Part shown: positions 56,101 through 62,100 of the stretch, in pieces
Position numbering within the stretch: position 1 is the stretch's first letter
Layout: the number at the start of each line of letters is the position of its first letter
NCBI RefSeq assembly: GCF_902713615.1
Contig: NC_052163.1
Span: 103,222,622 to 103,286,621 of the forward strand
Direction of reading: 5' to 3'
DNA length: 64,000 bases
Origin: Scyliorhinus canicula
Taxonomy: Eukaryota
Notes under the pieces: model-generated
Seen by the model: only the letters and a program-made list of their open reading frames with translations
Told to the model about the DNA's origin: nothing
Databases searched by the model: none
Made by a program: the position numbers and the translations under genes

Positions 56101-59100
56101 TGATTGTTAACGCCCCTTCTGTACCTTGAATTGCCAACACACATGTTAATCCTTCTTGAAACATTTAATTGAACTGAAATTATCCAACTGGTGCTTAATT
56201 TGTTGAGCATTGCAAACTGCTCACTTGCACCAAAAGCAACTTGTTTTCTTATGTGTGTATTATTGGTATGAAATCAAAGATAACCTGATATAACTCCTCG
56301 TGAAACATTCTGTAAATCATAACAGAAACTTTACCAAAATCAGATTAAATCAGAAAAAGTTTGCTTTGAGTGGATAAATGTTCGTAGCTAATTGAAAAAA
56401 AAGCTATAACTCACTGGTTGTCCTGCTTGATTCATGGTAATCTGGAGAACAAAGAAGATTGAGCTGTCACAGATTATCACAATTAAACTCTCTCCATAAA
56501 TATACCATCATTGAAGTCACCCATTTAAATTTTAAAAATCTGATCATTGTCAAATCTCTGAGGAAATCTTTTTGAATGATGGGGGAAGCTATCTGGATCT
56601 TTGTAGCATTCAGTTAAAATTTCTGCGACTATTTTGTAAAAGGAGATAGTAAATCCACAGTTCTGTACATTGCAGAGAACACATCAGTTATCGTTTCGGT
56701 GTTGACATCAATGGACAGATCACTGCTTGAACTAGAGCAGACTGAGAAGTTCACAAAGCAATCACATACGTGTTCTCCTTTTTGTTGATTGATTTATTGA
56801 GTTAGACAATTCGAGTCACTTTTGACAGAGTTGATCAAAATTCTAAAATTGGCTAAACAATTCTGAATCTTCCCATCTTGTAGCAGGTTGTTCAATCCTA
56901 TGTGAACGCATTTATTCTGCTGCTATTTTAATGAACAATTAACATGATTCATAGATTGTCGCCAGAATTGCTGCAGAAGGCCATGGTAGCCAAGTCAGAG
57001 TGTCTTTAAGACAGGGATAGGTTCATGATTAATAAGCGGATCAGAGGTTATTAGGAGGAGGCTGGAGAATGGGGAGTAGAGACATCAGCCATGATTGAAT
57101 GAAGGAGCAGACTCATTGGGCTGAATAGCCTAATTCTGCTCCTATGTTTAATGGTTTTTTCGTCTAACTAATTGCCTGTAAGAATCTTATTGCTTGCCCA
57201 ACGAAGTATGTGGTTATCTATGTTTCCCAGGATCAGCAGATATTACCCGTGTCAAGGACTCGATATCTTTAACAAACCGTTGAGCAGATGAGCTGCATAC
57301 TTCCATATGGTCACATTGTTGTAAGTGTTTTTTTCATTCTGTTCGATATGTTTCTATACACTGAGCAAATGTTAGCCTGTGCAGCATAAAGGGTGGTGCA
57401 GTAAATGACAATTAGATAATTACCATTTACATAGAGGCTGTCGTTGTCTAATATATATGGCCCCAAGTTAGAAATGCCTGCAGTCTTGTTTTCAAACACA
57501 TGATACAGAAGAACTCGGTCAACTTCCGGAATGGTAGAATTGTTTTTGAAGGAACATACTGCTGTCACTGTGCTGCTGTTGGTGTTTACCATGCTGCAAA
57601 GGATCAGAAGAAATATATATTAAAGTGAAATGCATTGATGCAACATAGTTATTAAGATGACGCAGACGAGACTGATAACATCATTGGTAGACAAACCAAA
57701 GACGTGTATTATCTGCAGCAAAACAATGCTTTGTGCAATGAAGATTTCTCTGCAGTCTCAGTTCGTCATGGGAGAAATTGCTTGAGCATTCCATGTATCT
57801 GTGAATTTTCTGTGGAATTCAATATTCTGAACAGAATTGTCCAAGTGGAAGAAGCTTATATTTCGTATGAATGGCCACATTTCTCACCTGATTGAATGAA
57901 ATATGCAGCTTGAGAATGTAACTTTTATGCTGCTCTTCATAAACAGGTCATTGAGCTATAAGGGAAACAGAAACATTGCATCAGTTGAAGAACAAAATGA
58001 ATAACGAAGTAAGATTCTCCTTTTTTTTAAATGTTGTTATTCTCCATTTTCACATTTTCCTCCAAAATTCACACCCCACCCCCAAACAGTAAACGGTAAC
58101 AAATACAAAGTCAATCCCCTTAACAATAACAACGATCCCATCCTCCCACCACCCCAACCACCTGCCAAGATATGCATCCAATAAAACAAACCCTCCCACG
58201 GTGGAAACAAAAACAAAGGAGAAAAAGAGAAAAGAGTTCGGCACCGCCCATGGTCACCATAGAATCCACTCCCACCCCCCCCCCCCCCCCCCCACACTCA
58301 ATGCTGTCCAACCTCTGAAAGAGTACCGTATTTGATACCCAAGAGTTGTAAACACCCCCCCCCCGACCCGCCCGCCCCTCCCCTCCAACTCCTCTCGCCC
58401 ACTGCCTCTTATAAAACTCCTCCCCCCAACCTCGGTTCCTTCCCACCAACTTTCCACCCCGGCTAGACCGCTCAGACCCTGTTCTGCCAGGCTCAGATGG
58501 CCGCAGCCCCTGCCCCCACCTCACTCTAATTCACTGGCCGGTTTAAACCGGCCAGCGCGGAGGCCCCCTCCCGGGTCCCTTTCCCCGTTATCCCATCCCT
58601 AGGAAAGCCCAGAAATCCCCTTTTAGCACACACACCCCACATATCCAGCTACACCACAAATAGCTCTCACTTCGAGTGCAAGTCCCATCACTTCCCTTGT
58701 CCAACTATATACACCATTGGCTCCTTTAGCCCATACACCCGGACGCAGTGAAACAGAAAAGAAGAGACAAAAAAGAAGAAAATACAGTCCTGAGGTTACA
58801 TCGGCACATGGACATTTCTCAATTTCTCAGTTCTGCCACAGTCCTTCTGCCTTCGCAAACTCCTCCGCTGCTTCCGTGGTTCCAGAATAAAAGTCCTTGA
58901 GCTTATAAGTCACCCTCAGCTTCGCTGGATATACAATGCCGCACTGCACCTTGCTGATGTACAGTGCCCTCTTCACCCAGTTGAAAGAAGCCCTCCTCCT
59001 CGCCAGCTCCACCGTAAAGTCCTGGTATACACGTATACCAGCTCCAGCCCACTGCACCACCTGCTTCTGCTTGGCCCAGCACAGGACCTTCTCCTTCACA

Positions 59101-62100
59101 CAGTACCTACGGAAGCACAAAGTCACTACTCTTGGCAGCTCACCCACCTTTGGTACAGGCCTCCCCAACCGATAAGCCCGATCCAATTCATATCGGGAGG
59201 GATCCTCCCCCATGCCCCAATAGCTTCGCCAGCATAGCGGCAAAATACTCCGTCGGCCTCGGCTCTTCAACTCCTTCAGGAAGCCCCACAATCCTCAAAT
59301 TCTGTCGCCTGGACCTGTTTTCCAGGTCTTCCAATTTTCCTCGCAGATTCTTGTTCACCTCCATCACCTTCCGCATCTCCTTCCCCATCGAGGTAAGTTG
59401 ATCACCGTGCTGCGCCACCGTCTACTCCACTACCTTCAGCGCCTCCCCTTGCATCCGCACCTCCACCACTGCACTTCCCACCGCCGTCATCACCGGGGAA
59501 ATTGCCTCCTCCACCAGCAGACTCAAAACCTCCCTCATCTCCTCCCCTCATCGCCTCCAGGTGTTTTGTAAATTGCCTTTCTAATTCTGCAGCCATCACC
59601 TTGGTTACTTCGTCAGCCTTCAGCGATGCGGCCTACCCTAGTGCTCCAGCCTCCTTTTTCCCTAGTGACCCCGTGGTGACCTCTCCTCTCCCCGACGGGC
59701 CCCTCAGCTGCTTTTTAACGACCGTTTTCTTACCGACCCTTGACATCTTTTTCCGCTGTGCCTCCTCTGCACCTTCTCCATGACTTGACGCCTCCGTGGA
59801 CCCTGGGACCGGGCTTAAAGCCCCAAAAATGCCGTTCCCGATTGGGAGCCCTCCGTTGTGCGGCCGCCCTCCCGCACGCCATCACGGAAGTCAGATTCTC
59901 CTTTTAAATGTATTTATATAACTTTCTCACCTCAGTTGCAATCATGCTCGAATGATTGGAGAAGTTTGATTGTATTTCTGGGAATGCTGGCCTGTTTACA
60001 ATGAATGTCACATTATAGACAGTAAGGTTTGGTTCCTCAGTTGGTGTCAGTGTTCGAGTCACAATTGGCATTGGAGCTGCGAAAAGAGAGAAAAAATAAT
60101 TTATTCCACCAAAAGTCTGAATCAGAGAAAATTTTGAAACACAATTTTGCCCTCCAGAAATATTAAGCAACATAACCAGCAGCACTGGGAGATGGAACCG
60201 TAAAGGAATTATAACAATGACTGATTGTTCAAGCCCCTTCTGCACCTTGAATTGTTAGCAAACATGTCAATTGTTCTGGAAACATATAATTGAACTGAAA
60301 ATATCCAACTGGAGCTTAAATTGTTGAGAGTTGCAACCTGTTCACTTTCACCAAAAGCAACAGTTTACTTTTGCATGTATTATCAGTATTAAGACAAAGA
60401 TAGCCTGACAGAACTACAAGTGAATTATTCAATAAATCAGAACAGAAGCTTTCACAAAATCTCATTAAATCTGAATAAGTTTGCTTTGAGTAGATAATGT
60501 TCGTAACTAATTGAAAAAAAAGCTATAACTCACTGGTTGTCCTGCTTGATTCATGGTAATCTGGAGAATAAAGAAGATTGAGCTGTCACAGATTATCACA
60601 ATTAAACTCTCTCCATCAATATACAAACATTGAAGTCACCCATTGAAATGAAAAAAATCTGATCAATATCAAATCTGTGGAGAAATGATTTTGTATCATG
60701 CCGGCACTATCAGGATCTTAGTAATATTCGGTTTAAATTGCTGCAAATATTTTGAAAAAGTAGATACCGAATGAAGAATTGGGGCTGGTTTAGCACAGGG
60801 CCAAATAGCCGGCTTTTAACCAGACCAAGGGAGGCCAGCAGCACAGTTCAATTCCGTACCAGCCTTCCCGAAAAAGCGCCGGGATGAGGCGACTAGGGGC
60901 TTTTCACAGTAACTTCATTTGATGCCTACTTGTGACAACAAGCGATTTCATTTCATGTTAATTGTGTCCATTACAGAGAACACATCATTTATCACATCAA
61001 GGGACAGATCACTGATTGAACAAGAGCAGACTGAGATGTTCACAAATCAATCATATTCGTGTCCTCCTTTTTGTTGATAGATTTATTTAGTGAGACAATT
61101 CGAGTCACTTTTGACAGAGTTCATCAAAATTCTAAAATTTTCTCAACAATTCTGATTCTTGCTACCTTGCAACACATTGTTCAATCCAGTGTAAATGCAT
61201 TCATTCTGCTGCTATTTTAAGGAACAATTAACACGATTCAGAATTGTTACCAAAATTGCCGCAATTCACTTGCCAGGCCAAGTCACTGAGTATCTTTAAG
61301 ACAGAGATAGATAGGTTCATGATTAATAAGGCAATCAGAGGTGTATGAGGAGAAGGGAGGAGAATGGGGATGAGAAATATCAGCCATGATTGAATGGCGA
61401 AGCAGACTTTCTGGGCCGAATGGCGTAACTCCGCTCCTATGTCTCATGGTCTAGAACGTCTAATTGAATGCCTGTAAGAATCTCATTGCTGCTCAGAGAC
61501 GTAAATGGATAGTTTGTTTCCCAGGATCTGTGATATCAACAAAAGCGGGGCGTGGCAAGGACTCAGTGTCTTCAACATGTGATACACAAGAACTCTGTCA
61601 ACTTCCGGAATGGTAGAATCGTTTTTGAAGGAACATACTACTGTCACTGTGCTGCTGTTGGTGTTTACAATTTAGTGTTGAGCAGATGAAATGCATCATT
61701 GCACATGGTCACATCGTTGCATGTGGTGTTGTTCATTCTGTTAGATATGTTTCAATATACTGAGCAAATTTTAGCATGTGGAGCATAAGGAGAGGTGCAG
61801 TAAATGATGATTGGATAATTACCATTTGAATAGAGGCTGTCGCCATCTAATGTATATGGCCCCAAGTTAGAAATGCCTGTAGTCTTGATTTCAAACACAT
61901 GATACACAAGAACTCTGTCAACTTCCGGAATGGTAGAATCGTTTCTGAAGGAACATACCTGCTGTCCTACTGTGCTGCTGTTGGTGTTTACCATGCTGCA
62001 AAGGATCAGAAGAAATTTATATTAAGGCCAATGCATTAATGCAACATAGTTATTAAGATCACTCAGCCGAAACTGATAACACCATTGATTACAAACAGAA

